Source: an uncultured virus (IMG/VR IMGVR_UViG_3300032304_000757)
Taxonomy: Duplodnaviria; Heunggongvirae; Uroviricota; Caudoviricetes
DNA: 64,000 bases
Reading direction: 5' to 3' (one strand)
IMG/VR virus record: IMGVR_UViG_3300032304_000757
This document shows, one piece after another, positions 17,870-28,831 of this stretch; positions within the stretch are counted from its first letter, which is position 1, and each line of letters opens with the position of its first letter. The notes under the pieces were generated by a model, which saw only the letters and a list, made by a program, of their open reading frames with translations, ran no database searches and was not told where the DNA came from. The translations under genes and the position numbers were made by a program.

Positions 17870-18526
17870 TTATATTTTTTTAAATAATATAGTACTTACG
17901 ATTGTAGGTTTTGAACTATTATTCCAATATCCTTTACAACTGTTGATTTTTTCAAATCTGTAATTGGTTGTTTGTATACAGTCTATCAGAGTTTGGGTTG
18001 GCATGATCATATGTTTAAGTATTGGAAAAGTTATATTTGTATCTGTATGAGCATTTCCTAGTAGATAAAATTTTTCATCATTTACACCTATATCACAATT
18101 ATCAATAGTTTCTATAAGAATATATTTTGGTTTTGAAATATTAATTATTTTTTCTAAAAGATGTATTGGGCTATGGAGGTGATATAACAAACCGCAACAT
18201 ACAACCATATCTACCGACTCATTATTACAAGCATAATAGTCATTGGCTGTGCAATTATGTAGTGCTACAGTGTCGCTGTTTGTTTGGAAAACTTCTTCTC
18301 GAAGGCATTCTTTATTAGGCTCAACACAAATAATTTTTTTCGCACCGAGTTTTAACATTATTGATGTGTGCCAACCAAGAAATGGACCCAATTCAAGAAT
18401 AGTGTTGTTTCTTACTAATGATAAACATTTATGCATAAAATTTATGTAATTTTTGTCATCAAGTTCTGAATATCGACGCCACCCAGACCATTCGCACTCA
18501 TCGGATTTGAGAATATCATTTTTCAT
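17870..18526 (-). CDS. class I SAM-dependent methyltransferase
   Basis: ILELGPFLG, CVEP, GLLYHL. Confidence 0.85.
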   Translation of the reverse strand: MKNDILKSDECEWSGWRRYSELDDKNYINFMHKCLSLVRNNTILELGPFLGWHTSIMLKLGAKKIICVEPNKECLREEVFQTNSDTVALHNCTANDYYACNNESVDMVVCCGLLYHLHSPIHLLEKIINISKPKYILIETIDNCDIGVNDEKFYLLGNAHTDTNITFPILKHMIMPTQTLIDCIQTTNYRFEKINSCKGYWNNSSKPTIVSTILFKKI

Positions 18527-18681
18527 AGTTTAAGGTAGATTCAATTAATATTGTGTAATTTCTTCGAATATTTAGTTGGACTTATACTAGTTACCAACGC
18601 CTAATCTATTTCTTATGACAAGTATTCAAGTTAAATAAACACGAAGTATTATTAACAATTTAAAGACCGAGCAGTATACCT

Positions 18682-19374
18682 ATGAAATATAATTATTATT
18701 ATAACGTTACAGAACAAGGTCCTCAAAGAAATAATTTAATCTATACAAGTCTAATGTCAGAGGATCAAAAAACATTTGTACAATGGTATTACAATGACAC
18801 TGAATATCACCAAGGTCAAAACGAAGTAGTGGATCCTAGCAAGATGGAAGAGAAATGGTTACGTGAAGTAAACTACCTTACACAAATGCGTAACGAATAT
18901 CCAAATCTAGTTCCTAAAATTACAAAAATAGATCTAGACGCTAAGAAAATATTTTTAGAAGTAGATGGTCCCGACTTTTGGAATCGGGCAAAGTGTGATG
19001 TTGCTAATTACGATAGTGTGTTGCCCGACTGGCAGGAGCAGATGCTTGACATTATCAAAGCTCACAAGTCATTGGGGCTATACAAATACAGCATGCATCC
19101 TAGCAGTTATTTTGTAGTAGATGGTAAATTAAAAAGTATCAACTATTTCTTTACATACAGGGAACACGAGGGCCCTATCAGCATTGCAGATCATGCTAGT
19201 CATATATACAGCTCACGGCAAGTAGTAATGCGAGACCAGATAGAAAAAATGAATTTGAGTTGGGATCGGCCTGAATCTCTAAAAACTTTACAAATGTTAT
19301 GTTTTGAAAGTTTTAGAACAAACTACCCTAAAGAATTTATTGAAAAAGCAAAAACAATTTATGAACAAGATTAA
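18682..19374 (+). CDS. kinase-fold-like protein with degenerate catalytic motifs
   Basis: REV.YL..VPKI..IFLE; SMHPSSYF..DGKLKSINYF. Confidence 0.55.
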   Translation: MKYNYYYNVTEQGPQRNNLIYTSLMSEDQKTFVQWYYNDTEYHQGQNEVVDPSKMEEKWLREVNYLTQMRNEYPNLVPKITKIDLDAKKIFLEVDGPDFWNRAKCDVANYDSVLPDWQEQMLDIIKAHKSLGLYKYSMHPSSYFVVDGKLKSINYFFTYREHEGPISIADHASHIYSSRQVVMRDQIEKMNLSWDRPESLKTLQMLCFESFRTNYPKEFIEKAKTIYEQD

Positions 19375-20623
19375 GTTATTAGAATCAAATCACTTTTGCA
19401 TACTTCCTTTTATGAGTTCTCGCACGTGGCATACTGATGTCGTGCCCTGTTGTGTTAATCACGAAACTGTATTTGGAAATAGTAAAACTGATTCATATAG
19501 CCACATTTATTCAAACAATAATAGTGTACTAAAAGACTTTCGTAAACAATTAATTAATGGTCCTGAATTACCAACAAGTTGTAATAAATGCGCCTTTGCT
19601 GAACAGTCTGGAGCTCCTAGCTATAGGACGCAATCTAATAAGGACTGGGGGCATGTCATCGATGATATTGATTTTGATCAGGAAGGTAATTTAACAGAAT
19701 TTAAAATAAGATTATGGGACGGTATTGGATTTAATAATTTATGTAATCTTAAATGCCGTATGTGCCCTAGCTATCTAAGTACAACTAATAGAGAAGAAGA
19801 AGTAAAATATAATCTACCAACAAAACAACTTTCACTGGCACACGAAATACTATCTGAAAAATTTGATGATGTATTAGATCTCAAAACTATTTTAATTCAG
19901 TCATTTGATGACGTTACTAAATTTTATGATTTCTTTAACCAGCATATTAAAACTACAGAAAAGATAAAGTTTGAGGGCGGTGAGCCAATGATGATGGAAG
20001 AGAATTATAAATTGTTAGAGTTACTTATTAAAAATAATAAAACAGATGTAGAATTACATTATGTTACCAACATGACTCGATTAACACTTAAGGACTATGA
20101 TCTCATTAAATTATGGAAGAATTTTAAAAATGTACGTGTAAATTTAAGTTTAGACGCATACGGTGACCAAAATTACTATATTAGAAATCCTGCTAATTGG
20201 GATACGATTGTTGATAATATAAATCAAGTTCGAGGAAAGTGTCGACATGTAAAATTAACTGTAGTGACAACAATCCAAATTCTAAATAGCTTTGCGAGTA
20301 CTACATTACATAAATGGTGTTTAGATAATAACTTAGAACAAAATTTTATATTTCTACAACACCCGTCAAACATGGGACTAAATGCGTTAACGATTGATTA
20401 CAAAAATCGAGTTAAGGAGCATTGGGATCAATACAAGTTAACAATCAGCTATACAAAAGAAATTGATCAGTTTTTACAAATGATGTACTCTGATGATACT
20501 TCTGAACATTTAGGAAAATTTTTTAAAACTATGGAAGAAAGAGATAGTATACGTAATGAAAATATGTTTGAAACATTTCCAGAATTAATTGATTTAAAGG
20601 AACAACATGATAAAAGGTATTAA
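19361..20623 (+). CDS. radical SAM protein with N-terminal SPASM/twitch-like domain
   Basis: FCILPF..PCC..C.KC, then CNLKCRMC and GGEP. Confidence 0.92.
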   Translation: MNKIKLLESNHFCILPFMSSRTWHTDVVPCCVNHETVFGNSKTDSYSHIYSNNNSVLKDFRKQLINGPELPTSCNKCAFAEQSGAPSYRTQSNKDWGHVIDDIDFDQEGNLTEFKIRLWDGIGFNNLCNLKCRMCPSYLSTTNREEEVKYNLPTKQLSLAHEILSEKFDDVLDLKTILIQSFDDVTKFYDFFNQHIKTTEKIKFEGGEPMMMEENYKLLELLIKNNKTDVELHYVTNMTRLTLKDYDLIKLWKNFKNVRVNLSLDAYGDQNYYIRNPANWDTIVDNINQVRGKCRHVKLTVVTTIQILNSFASTTLHKWCLDNNLEQNFIFLQHPSNMGLNALTIDYKNRVKEHWDQYKLTISYTKEIDQFLQMMYSDDTSEHLGKFFKTMEERDSIRNENMFETFPELIDLKEQHDKRY

Positions 20624-21401
20624 TGGTGTTCCGTATATAGATATGACTCCGTATATCGATATGGATACGTTTGATCAATTACAACCTGAAATACTTCGAG
20701 GCTTTGCGGATGCTCGAGAATTTGCCAAAGAAGGCACATGGATGAAACCTGCTTTTAAAATAGAAGATATGAGTTATATTCCAAATTGGAAACCTATCTA
20801 TAAAGCCATAGAAGAATTTTTAGCCTTGCCCGATGACAATCCTATTAAACAAGGCGGCATTGATCTATATAGAGACTTCCAAGATTTTACAGTACGCAAT
20901 AGATTTACCCGATATATTAAAATGGCCATGGGAGCATACGATCCGTACATTTATTACTTTCTATGGGAACAAGGCAGTTGGGATGATCGAAGTGCTACTA
21001 GAAAACTCACACCCGAAGCTGCTTATTTCCCTCAGACTGTGATGTGGGTTGAAAATTTAATCACTAAAGGTATCTTTGAAAACATTGGACGAGTGATATT
21101 TTTCCATTGCGAAGCGGGCGGCATACCGTTTGAACATAGAGATATAGATGGTGAAAAAGGATTACAAGAAGGTTATACTGATACAGTAAATGAATTCATA
21201 CATATCCGACCCAATACAAAGAAACCTTTTTATTTGTGGGATCCAGAAACTAGGAATCATACCTACATCAATAGTCGTGCTGCGTGGTGGAATGATCAAG
21301 ATTGGCACGGCGGCAATGCTACCATGGAACAGAGCTATAGCTTACGTATCGACGGAAAGTTTACAGAAGAATTTAGATCACTTATAACCAGTAAAGGTTA
21401 A
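20607..21401 (+). CDS. putative Fe(II)/2OG oxygenase
   Basis: FEHRD...DWHGG...SLR. Confidence 0.6.
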   Translation: MIKGINGVPYIDMTPYIDMDTFDQLQPEILRGFADAREFAKEGTWMKPAFKIEDMSYIPNWKPIYKAIEEFLALPDDNPIKQGGIDLYRDFQDFTVRNRFTRYIKMAMGAYDPYIYYFLWEQGSWDDRSATRKLTPEAAYFPQTVMWVENLITKGIFENIGRVIFFHCEAGGIPFEHRDIDGEKGLQEGYTDTVNEFIHIRPNTKKPFYLWDPETRNHTYINSRAAWWNDQDWHGGNATMEQSYSLRIDGKFTEEFRSLITSKG

Positions 21402-21923
21402 CAAGTATTTAGGGACTAGTCCTACATTAGAACCTGCATGCCAGGAATGGTTATCTTCGTATTGGTATATACTTCCTTGCGGTTCATTATAATAAGCATC
21501 CTGTTCGGTAACAAATATATGCCCGGGAGCAGGCTTACTTAAGAAACAAAAATATCGAACTATTTTACCTAATTTTTTATGTTCATCTTCCCAAGGATTG
21601 ATATCCCAGTGCCAAGGAGTGCATTTACCCGGACGTATTTCGCTCACCCAACACATAATAGGAGTACAGGCTGTAAGTTCAGCCAACATATTTTGATATT
21701 TAAAATCAAAATGTACTCCTGATTGATAATGTCTATACTCGACACTATGCTGATCATATCCAGCAAGTTTCAACGCAGTTGTTTGATTTACACTATCTTG
21801 ATAAAAAGGATTACTAGGATCCAGCTCCATGTGCCCGTGACTAGGATCAACTTTACATATTGTTAATTCTGATATTAATTCTTCACAGGCTTCTTTGCTA
21901 AGGGCTGACACGTATTGTTTCAT
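21378..21923 (-). CDS. putative Fe(II)/2OG oxygenase
   Basis: PWHWD...WHAGSN.G..PK. Confidence 0.7.
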   Translation of the reverse strand: MKQYVSALSKEACEELISELTICKVDPSHGHMELDPSNPFYQDSVNQTTALKLAGYDQHSVEYRHYQSGVHFDFKYQNMLAELTACTPIMCWVSEIRPGKCTPWHWDINPWEDEHKKLGKIVRYFCFLSKPAPGHIFVTEQDAYYNEPQGSIYQYEDNHSWHAGSNVGLVPKYLLTFTGYK

Positions 21924-22585
21924 AATATTTTAAATTCTTTAGGTAGTATATTTTTTAAAGAATCGAATTTATCTTTTTCTATATCGAATTTTATGCCCGT
22001 GATCACATGAGAAAAGTTGTTTATGAAGCCTGCCTTGTTGGCTTTGTTGAGCCACGGACTTAATGTGTTGTCAAATATAAATCTAGATTCGTCTGCGTTA
22101 TCAATTGTAGTAGACAGCGTTACTGCTACTGGGTCTAATAGTTTATTCTTTGTTAATAAATGTCTAACTACTAGTTGTATTCTAGGACGTCTACCAAAAT
22201 TAGTAGCAGTATGTTGGCACCCAGCATCCATGTTATACCAAATACCATCTTGTTCGAGAGGATACATACGAGTATGTATTAAATCTATAAGATAACAATG
22301 CTCACCGGTTATGTTAAGATGATATCTGTCGTCTATATCTGCATGGGTTTGATAACATTGATTGGATTTTAAAATAATAATCCTTGCTTCGCCTTTACTT
22401 ACAGGCAACGAGTTATAAAGTGTTTCCCAATCTGTGCCTTTATACTCGTCTTTTATAACCCAAGGATCGTAAAAGAAATGTCCTGTAGGTTGATTAATTG
22501 TTGTTTTCATTTCTTCGTTGGCTGATTGAAAACCTGCCTTTTGAAATAAAGATATATCAACAGTATATTTTGTTTTGGCTAGCAT
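21920..22585 (-). CDS. Asp/Asn hydroxylase-like oxygenase
   Basis: HADID...HTATN...R. Confidence 0.72.
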   Translation of the reverse strand: MLAKTKYTVDISLFQKAGFQSANEEMKTTINQPTGHFFYDPWVIKDEYKGTDWETLYNSLPVSKGEARIIILKSNQCYQTHADIDDRYHLNITGEHCYLIDLIHTRMYPLEQDGIWYNMDAGCQHTATNFGRRPRIQLVVRHLLTKNKLLDPVAVTLSTTIDNADESRFIFDNTLSPWLNKANKAGFINNFSHVITGIKFDIEKDKFDSLKNILPKEFKIL

Positions 22586-22623
22586 GAAATATTTATATGA
22601 CGTTTTAATAGGGTAAATATTTC

Positions 22624-23289
22624 ATGGATATAATTGCTCAAGCTACCGAGATACTGCGTAAACCGCTCGGCTGGATTGCCCTAGACCTTGAGTTCGATTT
22701 GGACAGGTGGAAAGCAGAAGCACGTCTTGCCAAAGACCACCTAGTAACTCACCGAGAAGGTGACGGCCATGACGGGTGGAAAAGCTGTTGTATCCACGGC
22801 ATCGATATTCACAAAACAGGACACTGGCAAAACTATGTTGGTGCTGAAGAAGATGCTAATTATCATTGGACTGAATTATCTAAACTAACTCCCACTATTA
22901 CAAATTTTTGGAAATCGTTCCCAACAGAGAGATTCGCAAGATTGAGATTTATGGAACTAGAAGCAGGAGGCCGTATTGCTCCGCATAACGATTCGCCAAA
23001 CGGTATTAAGAATACAGAGTTTGATATGATGGACCACTTAATTCCAATTAACATTGCGATAGTACATCCTGCAGATTGCTACATGGAATTAGAAGGACAC
23101 GGGCGTGTGCCATTCCAGGAAGGCACAGCATTTATTGTTAACATAACCAATACACACACAGTAGTGAATAATAGTCCGTTCAATAGAACACACATGATTG
23201 CTCATTGTATCATCGGTAATAAAAAGAAAGAGTTTGCAGAATTAATCGTTCGAAGCTATAATAAACAGTATGAATATCAAAACGTTTAA
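22624..23289 (+). CDS. Asp/Asn beta-hydroxylase-like oxygenase
   Basis: RLRFM.L..GG.I.PHND...HTVVN.S...R.H. Confidence 0.8.
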   Translation: MDIIAQATEILRKPLGWIALDLEFDLDRWKAEARLAKDHLVTHREGDGHDGWKSCCIHGIDIHKTGHWQNYVGAEEDANYHWTELSKLTPTITNFWKSFPTERFARLRFMELEAGGRIAPHNDSPNGIKNTEFDMMDHLIPINIAIVHPADCYMELEGHGRVPFQEGTAFIVNITNTHTVVNNSPFNRTHMIAHCIIGNKKKEFAELIVRSYNKQYEYQNV

Positions 23290-24478
23290 AAGTAGATCTA
23301 AATCAATTGTATTTTGTTTTGTAGACAATACACATGTCTACTCATCTGCGTGGACAAAAGAACTGATTAAGAATCAATCAGATTATTCTATTACAAACAT
23401 AATATCCAAAGGGTATAGCATTGTCCAAGGACAGGACGAAAATGTTTTACTAAGATACGTTGCTGAAGAATATGAATATGCTGTTGTGTTTACAACCGGC
23501 ACAGAGTTTGTTAACGGCTCTAGTTTTTTTGATGAATTGAATGAGCTTGTTAAAACAGATTTTTTTATAGCAGGACATATATTAGATAGAGGTGATGCGT
23601 ACTATGAATTACATCATCAATGTTATGTGATAAATTTAAAAAACTATAAAGAATATAATTTTCCACAAATAGGTCAACAGGTATTAGGAGAATGTCATGT
23701 TGAAACTATCCCTGTTAGAAGTAAAGAAAACATACACGACGATTATACTCCAGTATGGATTACGTCCGGCACACATATTAATGAAGAATACCAACATAAA
23801 TGTCACGGCTGGAATATTATAAGTGAAGCATTTAAAAGACAGCGTCCTGTGCTAGTGTTCGGCGATGCTATTCGTAATAGTAAAAAACATTTTTATCCAG
23901 AAAATCAAACTGAATTTTTAAAACACTCTGAATGGTTGTATGCTAGACATAATTATTGTTCAACTGAATTTGTACATACATCAAACACCGAATGGAGTAA
24001 CAGTCAGCTGTCTAATATAAGACAAGTGTTTACACCTGCGAGTGGAACGTGGTGGGTTGACCATATTGACAAGATCAATCCGGTAAATGTGATTATGTAC
24101 GATTACAATCAAAAAGCAATAGACTATTGGAAAGAACACGCACCTCAGATACCTAATGTTTGTTATACATTTACAAAACTCGATCTAATGACGGATCCCA
24201 TTGACCTTAGTTCTTTCGATTCTAACTTAGACACATTGATTAACTTGTCTAACATTTTTGTCTACGAAGCAACAACGCCTTTTTATAGTTTAGAATACAG
24301 ATTACACAAAGAAAATGCCGCCATTGTTGCTGTCAAAGAAACACTGCCTAATGCTGTTATTAATTTTTCAGCAAGAGCATGTACAGGATTCGTAGATGCT
24401 CCGTTGTTTGGCAATGTCCAACCTGTTAAATTATCAGAATTAAACAAACCAAGTTGGCATATCGGTGATTGGTTATGA
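23270..24478 (+). CDS. hypothetical protein (402 aa)
   Basis: Long ORF overlapping both neighbours in the operon. Confidence 0.8.
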   Translation: MNIKTFKSRSKSIVFCFVDNTHVYSSAWTKELIKNQSDYSITNIISKGYSIVQGQDENVLLRYVAEEYEYAVVFTTGTEFVNGSSFFDELNELVKTDFFIAGHILDRGDAYYELHHQCYVINLKNYKEYNFPQIGQQVLGECHVETIPVRSKENIHDDYTPVWITSGTHINEEYQHKCHGWNIISEAFKRQRPVLVFGDAIRNSKKHFYPENQTEFLKHSEWLYARHNYCSTEFVHTSNTEWSNSQLSNIRQVFTPASGTWWVDHIDKINPVNVIMYDYNQKAIDYWKEHAPQIPNVCYTFTKLDLMTDPIDLSSFDSNLDTLINLSNIFVYEATTPFYSLEYRLHKENAAIVAVKETLPNAVINFSARACTGFVDAPLFGNVQPVKLSELNKPSWHIGDWL

Positions 24479-25182
24479 TTATACCTTACAACAAAGATTG
24501 GAATAACGTTGCTATAAGTGTAAGCGGCGGCACAGATAGTGCTCTACTAGCTTATCTTGTATGTGACCTTGCTAGGGAAAACAATGTCACAGTACATATA
24601 ATTAATCACATACGTATGTGGAAGACACGACCATGGCAGCAGCACGATGCTGACAGAGTCTATAATTGGTTATTTCAACGATTCTATCATACTAGATTTG
24701 AGCGACACGTTAATTTTATTGCTCCGGATATAGAATATGGAAATATTGGTGCTGGATTAACGGACGAGTATGGCAAGAAGGTCAGTGGCGACAATATACA
24801 ACAAAGAGCATACGGTGAATTTATCTGCAACAAGCACAATATAGACGCATACTACAATGCGGTTACTCGTAATCCAAGAGCAGTATCCTTTAATGGTATG
24901 CCAGAACGCGACATTGACCCTAGTGAAGATAATCAGCACTTAGAAAAAATGACACACATGGGTGTGGAAGTTTTTCATCCTTTTAGATTTATTGACAAAT
25001 CTGAAATTGTTAAAAAATATAAAGAATTAAATTTAATGGATCTATTTGAAATAACTCGTAGTTGTGAAGGCGAATTTGAAGGGATCAATTATCAATCATA
25101 TACTCCTGGACAGTATGTTCCTACGTGTGGCAAGTGTTTCTGGTGTAAAGAAAGAGAGTGGGCAATTGATCAATCAAAGTAA
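24475..25182 (+). CDS. QueC-like PP-loop ATPase
   Basis: SVSGGTDS, TRSC, CGKCFWCKER. Confidence 0.8.
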   Translation: MIIPYNKDWNNVAISVSGGTDSALLAYLVCDLARENNVTVHIINHIRMWKTRPWQQHDADRVYNWLFQRFYHTRFERHVNFIAPDIEYGNIGAGLTDEYGKKVSGDNIQQRAYGEFICNKHNIDAYYNAVTRNPRAVSFNGMPERDIDPSEDNQHLEKMTHMGVEVFHPFRFIDKSEIVKKYKELNLMDLFEITRSCEGEFEGINYQSYTPGQYVPTCGKCFWCKEREWAIDQSK

Positions 25183-26428
25183 AACATTTTGTATGCATCC
25201 CTTTACCGGGCTAGCAACTAGAGAGGACGGTGCTGTTAAAGTCTGCTGCCGAAGCCATCCTATTGGATTTATTCAAGAGCAATCTCTAGAAGAAATATGG
25301 AATAATGATAATATGTTACGTATACGCAGACAAGTATTATCAGGCGAGCGACCTCCAGAGTGTGCTCCGTGTTTTAACTTAGAGGATCAGGGAGTTGAAA
25401 GTCTACGACAACGGCATATCAAAGGCGAAATACCAGAAGCACGTATTAATCTGTATCCTAGAGCATTGGAAAATTTACATTCAGAAATGACAATGCCTTT
25501 TGAAATACCTACAATAGAGATTAAACTTAATAACCTTTGTAATTTAAAATGTCGAATGTGTAATCCTATGGACAGCACAAGCTGGAATGATTGGCAAGAA
25601 GTTGAGGAACACTATAAAAAAGAAGATAACTTTTTAGTTCAGAAGATTGTTGATTTAAATCTTAAAAACAAACCTTTCCTAGATAGTTTTGTAGATACTG
25701 ATAATTGGTGGGAAAGTTTTGAAAAGTTATTACCTTACTTTAGACGTGTAGAATTTGCTGGCGGTGAACCGCTGATGGATCCTACTCATTATAAAATTTT
25801 AGATATGCTTGCGTCTTACGGCTCAAACATTGAAATTAAGTATGCTACTAATTTAACCATGCTAGGTAAGAGCAATCGAACTGTCTGGCAATATTGGCCT
25901 AAGTTTAAAAGTGTAGCAGTCAATGTAAGTATTGACGGAATAGGTAATAGCTATGAATATGTGCGAGGCAATGCCAGTTGGGCAGAATTAATTAACAACA
26001 TTAAACAAATACAAACAATACCAAACGTAAGTCGTATTGTAGGTGCCGTGGCTGTTCAAGTAAGTAACATCTTAATTTTAGATAAAATGATCAAATATTT
26101 CTTAGACGATTTAGGAATTGTGTTTTATACTAACATGGTTAATTATCCAACAGTGCTTTCAGTACAGGTGTTGCCTAATGAATTAAAAGAGCTTGCTATC
26201 TCTAAACTAAAGGCTGTTCGAGAACAAGTACCTGAATTTAAATATGTAAAAGAAAATCCTATTTTGCTAGGTATTACACTTGGACAAATTGACGGTGTAA
26301 TAAATTTTATTCAATCAAAGGACCAAAGTCACTTATGGTTAGATTGTGTAGACTTTAATCGTAGACTAGATATTACAAGAGATCAAAGTTTTACAGAAGT
26401 AACTCCAGAGTTTAAACCGTATGTCTAA
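25166..26428 (+). CDS. radical SAM protein with N-terminal SPASM/twitch-like domain
   Basis: FCMHPF..VCC..C..C, CNLKCRMC, AGGEP; TTG start inferred. Confidence 0.9.
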   Translation: MINQSKTFCMHPFTGLATREDGAVKVCCRSHPIGFIQEQSLEEIWNNDNMLRIRRQVLSGERPPECAPCFNLEDQGVESLRQRHIKGEIPEARINLYPRALENLHSEMTMPFEIPTIEIKLNNLCNLKCRMCNPMDSTSWNDWQEVEEHYKKEDNFLVQKIVDLNLKNKPFLDSFVDTDNWWESFEKLLPYFRRVEFAGGEPLMDPTHYKILDMLASYGSNIEIKYATNLTMLGKSNRTVWQYWPKFKSVAVNVSIDGIGNSYEYVRGNASWAELINNIKQIQTIPNVSRIVGAVAVQVSNILILDKMIKYFLDDLGIVFYTNMVNYPTVLSVQVLPNELKELAISKLKAVREQVPEFKYVKENPILLGITLGQIDGVINFIQSKDQSHLWLDCVDFNRRLDITRDQSFTEVTPEFKPYV

Positions 26429-27326
26429 AGTTACCAGTGCTTGGCCTCATCAGGATCAGATTAAGATAGAGTGGAATCTTGGCAAGCGTTGTAATTACGA
26501 TTGTACATATTGTCCGTCTAGCATCCATGATAACTCTAGTCCTCACACCGATATTAATATTTTAGAAGCAACTGTGGACAAATTATGTGAATTAGGCAAA
26601 CCCTTACGTATTAGCCTAACTGGAGGTGAGCCCTGTGTACATCCTAATATCGAAGATCTACTAGAATATTTTAAACGTAAAAGTATATTTTGGGTTAATC
26701 TAACAACCAACGGCACTAGACAACCTAAGTGGTATTTAGAAAACGAAATCTTTTTCAATCACTTGGTGTTCAGTTTACATTTTGAGTATGATCACGATCG
26801 TATACTAGAAACAATTATTGCCTATGATAACTCAACTACTAAAGATTTTTTTGTCAACGTTATGGCACATCATGCTCACATGCCTGCTGTTCGTCGAGCA
26901 GTTGATTATTTTGACGGAGCAGGTATCAAATATGCTGTTCGTAGAATACGTTGGACCGAAGGCGATCATAACGTCTTTGACGATATGCGATACGACGGCA
27001 AAGACTTAGAGTGGATTTTATCTAGAGAAGCTACAGTCAAACCAAATACTGTAATCACTGAGAACAATGAACAAAAAATCTATCTTCATGCCAACGACAT
27101 CATTAAACTTCACAAGAACAACTTTAAAGGTTGGTCATGTAACGCAGGGTTAGAAAGTTTAATGATTAATTGGGACGGTGAAGTACATCGTGCTACCTGT
27201 CGTGTAGGCGGTAGCTTGGGAAATATCTTTAACGGTAGTTTTGTTGTTCCTAGTAATCCTGTTACCTGCGACCGAGATTTTTGTACCTGTGCTGCCGATA
27301 TCCCGTTAACAAAAATTAGCCCGTGA
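26421..27326 (+). CDS. radical SAM protein with C-terminal Cys cluster
   Basis: CNYDCTYC, TGGEP, C.AG...C...C..C.CAAD. Confidence 0.92.
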   Translation: MSKVTSAWPHQDQIKIEWNLGKRCNYDCTYCPSSIHDNSSPHTDINILEATVDKLCELGKPLRISLTGGEPCVHPNIEDLLEYFKRKSIFWVNLTTNGTRQPKWYLENEIFFNHLVFSLHFEYDHDRILETIIAYDNSTTKDFFVNVMAHHAHMPAVRRAVDYFDGAGIKYAVRRIRWTEGDHNVFDDMRYDGKDLEWILSREATVKPNTVITENNEQKIYLHANDIIKLHKNNFKGWSCNAGLESLMINWDGEVHRATCRVGGSLGNIFNGSFVVPSNPVTCDRDFCTCAADIPLTKISP

Positions 27327-27908
27327 TATAATATAGTCAGCACACATTTTAGTGGCTATCGGTCCGGGGTGTATACCATCCCTAGCATAATCAGTATCGT
27401 TTGCGTGACCTACTAACTGATCACAATTTAAGATAGTCTGTGTAGGCCTAAAAAATGTTGCTTCATAATACGGAATTTCCTTCCACAGCTCTTTACTTGA
27501 TTGGTGTATCATTAAAGCATGGGCAACAGCATTGCTGTCATCTCTGGCCCATAGATCTCCAAAGCTGTTTTGCTCTGTGTCCCACGGCCCGTAATTTACT
27601 ACTTGGTCAGTTTTAAAATAAGGAACTCTAGTATACTGTGTCCAGATATTAATAACTGCTTTAGGCTGAGCTATATTTTTTAACACCATTTGATTATACA
27701 GAGAGAAATACATAGAAGATCCAACGACTCCCATATTAACTACTGGAACATCCAATTGTTTGTTTATATGATATGGTATAGTATCTTCTAAATCTAAGCC
27801 GGCGCCGTATACCATAGAGCATCCAAAAACAACAATAGATTCTTCCCAATTTATATCTTTGAGATCAGTCCTATAATCGTAAGGTAGAAAGTTCTTTAGA
27901 TTATACAT
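27306..27908 (-). CDS. SGNH/GDSL-like protein
   Basis: FGCSMVYG, NMG..GSS, ARDGIHPG. Confidence 0.75.
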   Translation of the reverse strand: MYNLKNFLPYDYRTDLKDINWEESIVVFGCSMVYGAGLDLEDTIPYHINKQLDVPVVNMGVVGSSMYFSLYNQMVLKNIAQPKAVINIWTQYTRVPYFKTDQVVNYGPWDTEQNSFGDLWARDDSNAVAHALMIHQSSKELWKEIPYYEATFFRPTQTILNCDQLVGHANDTDYARDGIHPGPIATKMCADYIISRANFC

Positions 27909-28831
27909 TTTGTAATGTGTGTGTCGGGCTGACAAGTACAATCAGTTTTAGGACAAATAACGGGCTCTATCCCATTAAGTTTAACTCCGCACGAACTATT
28001 AACTAATCCGTCGTGCGTTATTACAATCGATTCTAGGCCAATCATACATTGCCAACCCTGAAATTGATTCCAATTATTTAAAATAACAGTATGCGGTCTT
28101 GCGACTTCGGCAGTATTGTCGTTAAACAATACAACACTTTGGTGAATCTTGATATCATTTAGTTGTTTTAATAATCTATCGCCTGCGGGAATTCTCTTAA
28201 TACTGTCGTCTATATATTTTTTCTGTTGTTCAGAATAGACATCCATTCCGTGACCAGGAGCGTCGACAATTTCTTTAGTTTGTATATACCAAGGATATTT
28301 ACTGGCGAGCATTGTATCTATCGAATGTACACATTTATCCCAATTTTTAAAATCCATTAGTACCAGCGTAGTCACTTTTAATTCTTTTTCATAAAGAAAG
28401 TCAGCAACATCACAATGGTGTTGTATGTTAGCATACTCGTGGTGAAAACTTAAAGTAACATCGTCAAAATAATGATAGTTGTTTTTCCACCATTCTAAAG
28501 TTCTCGATCCGTTAGAAACAAGAGTAATGAAAACATTATGACTTTCTTTTAGTCCTTTACAAAAATCTTCTAACTTCGGCCATAATGTAGGTTCGCCGCC
28601 TCCGGAGATAGTTAGATGAAATTTCGTTTTTCCTATTTGCTTATATTGATCAAAAACATTTCTAAAATTAATTAATGTTGATTCTAAATCTTTAGGATAC
28701 CTAAACTTTCCATCGTGTGAGCCTGGGAAGCAATAAGAGCAATTGAAATTACAAATATCGGTAGGGAAGAACCTAACCTGTAACAAGTCTTGATCCTGTG
28801 TAGAAACGATCTTGATAGGAAACTTTTTCAA
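27896..28831 (-). CDS. radical SAM protein with C-terminal Cys cluster
   Basis: CNFNCSYC, GGGEPT, C...C...CP..C.C. Confidence 0.92.
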   Translation of the reverse strand: MKKFPIKIVSTQDQDLLQVRFFPTDICNFNCSYCFPGSHDGKFRYPKDLESTLINFRNVFDQYKQIGKTKFHLTISGGGEPTLWPKLEDFCKGLKESHNVFITLVSNGSRTLEWWKNNYHYFDDVTLSFHHEYANIQHHCDVADFLYEKELKVTTLVLMDFKNWDKCVHSIDTMLASKYPWYIQTKEIVDAPGHGMDVYSEQQKKYIDDSIKRIPAGDRLLKQLNDIKIHQSVVLFNDNTAEVARPHTVILNNWNQFQGWQCMIGLESIVITHDGLVNSSCGVKLNGIEPVICPKTDCTCQPDTHITKCII

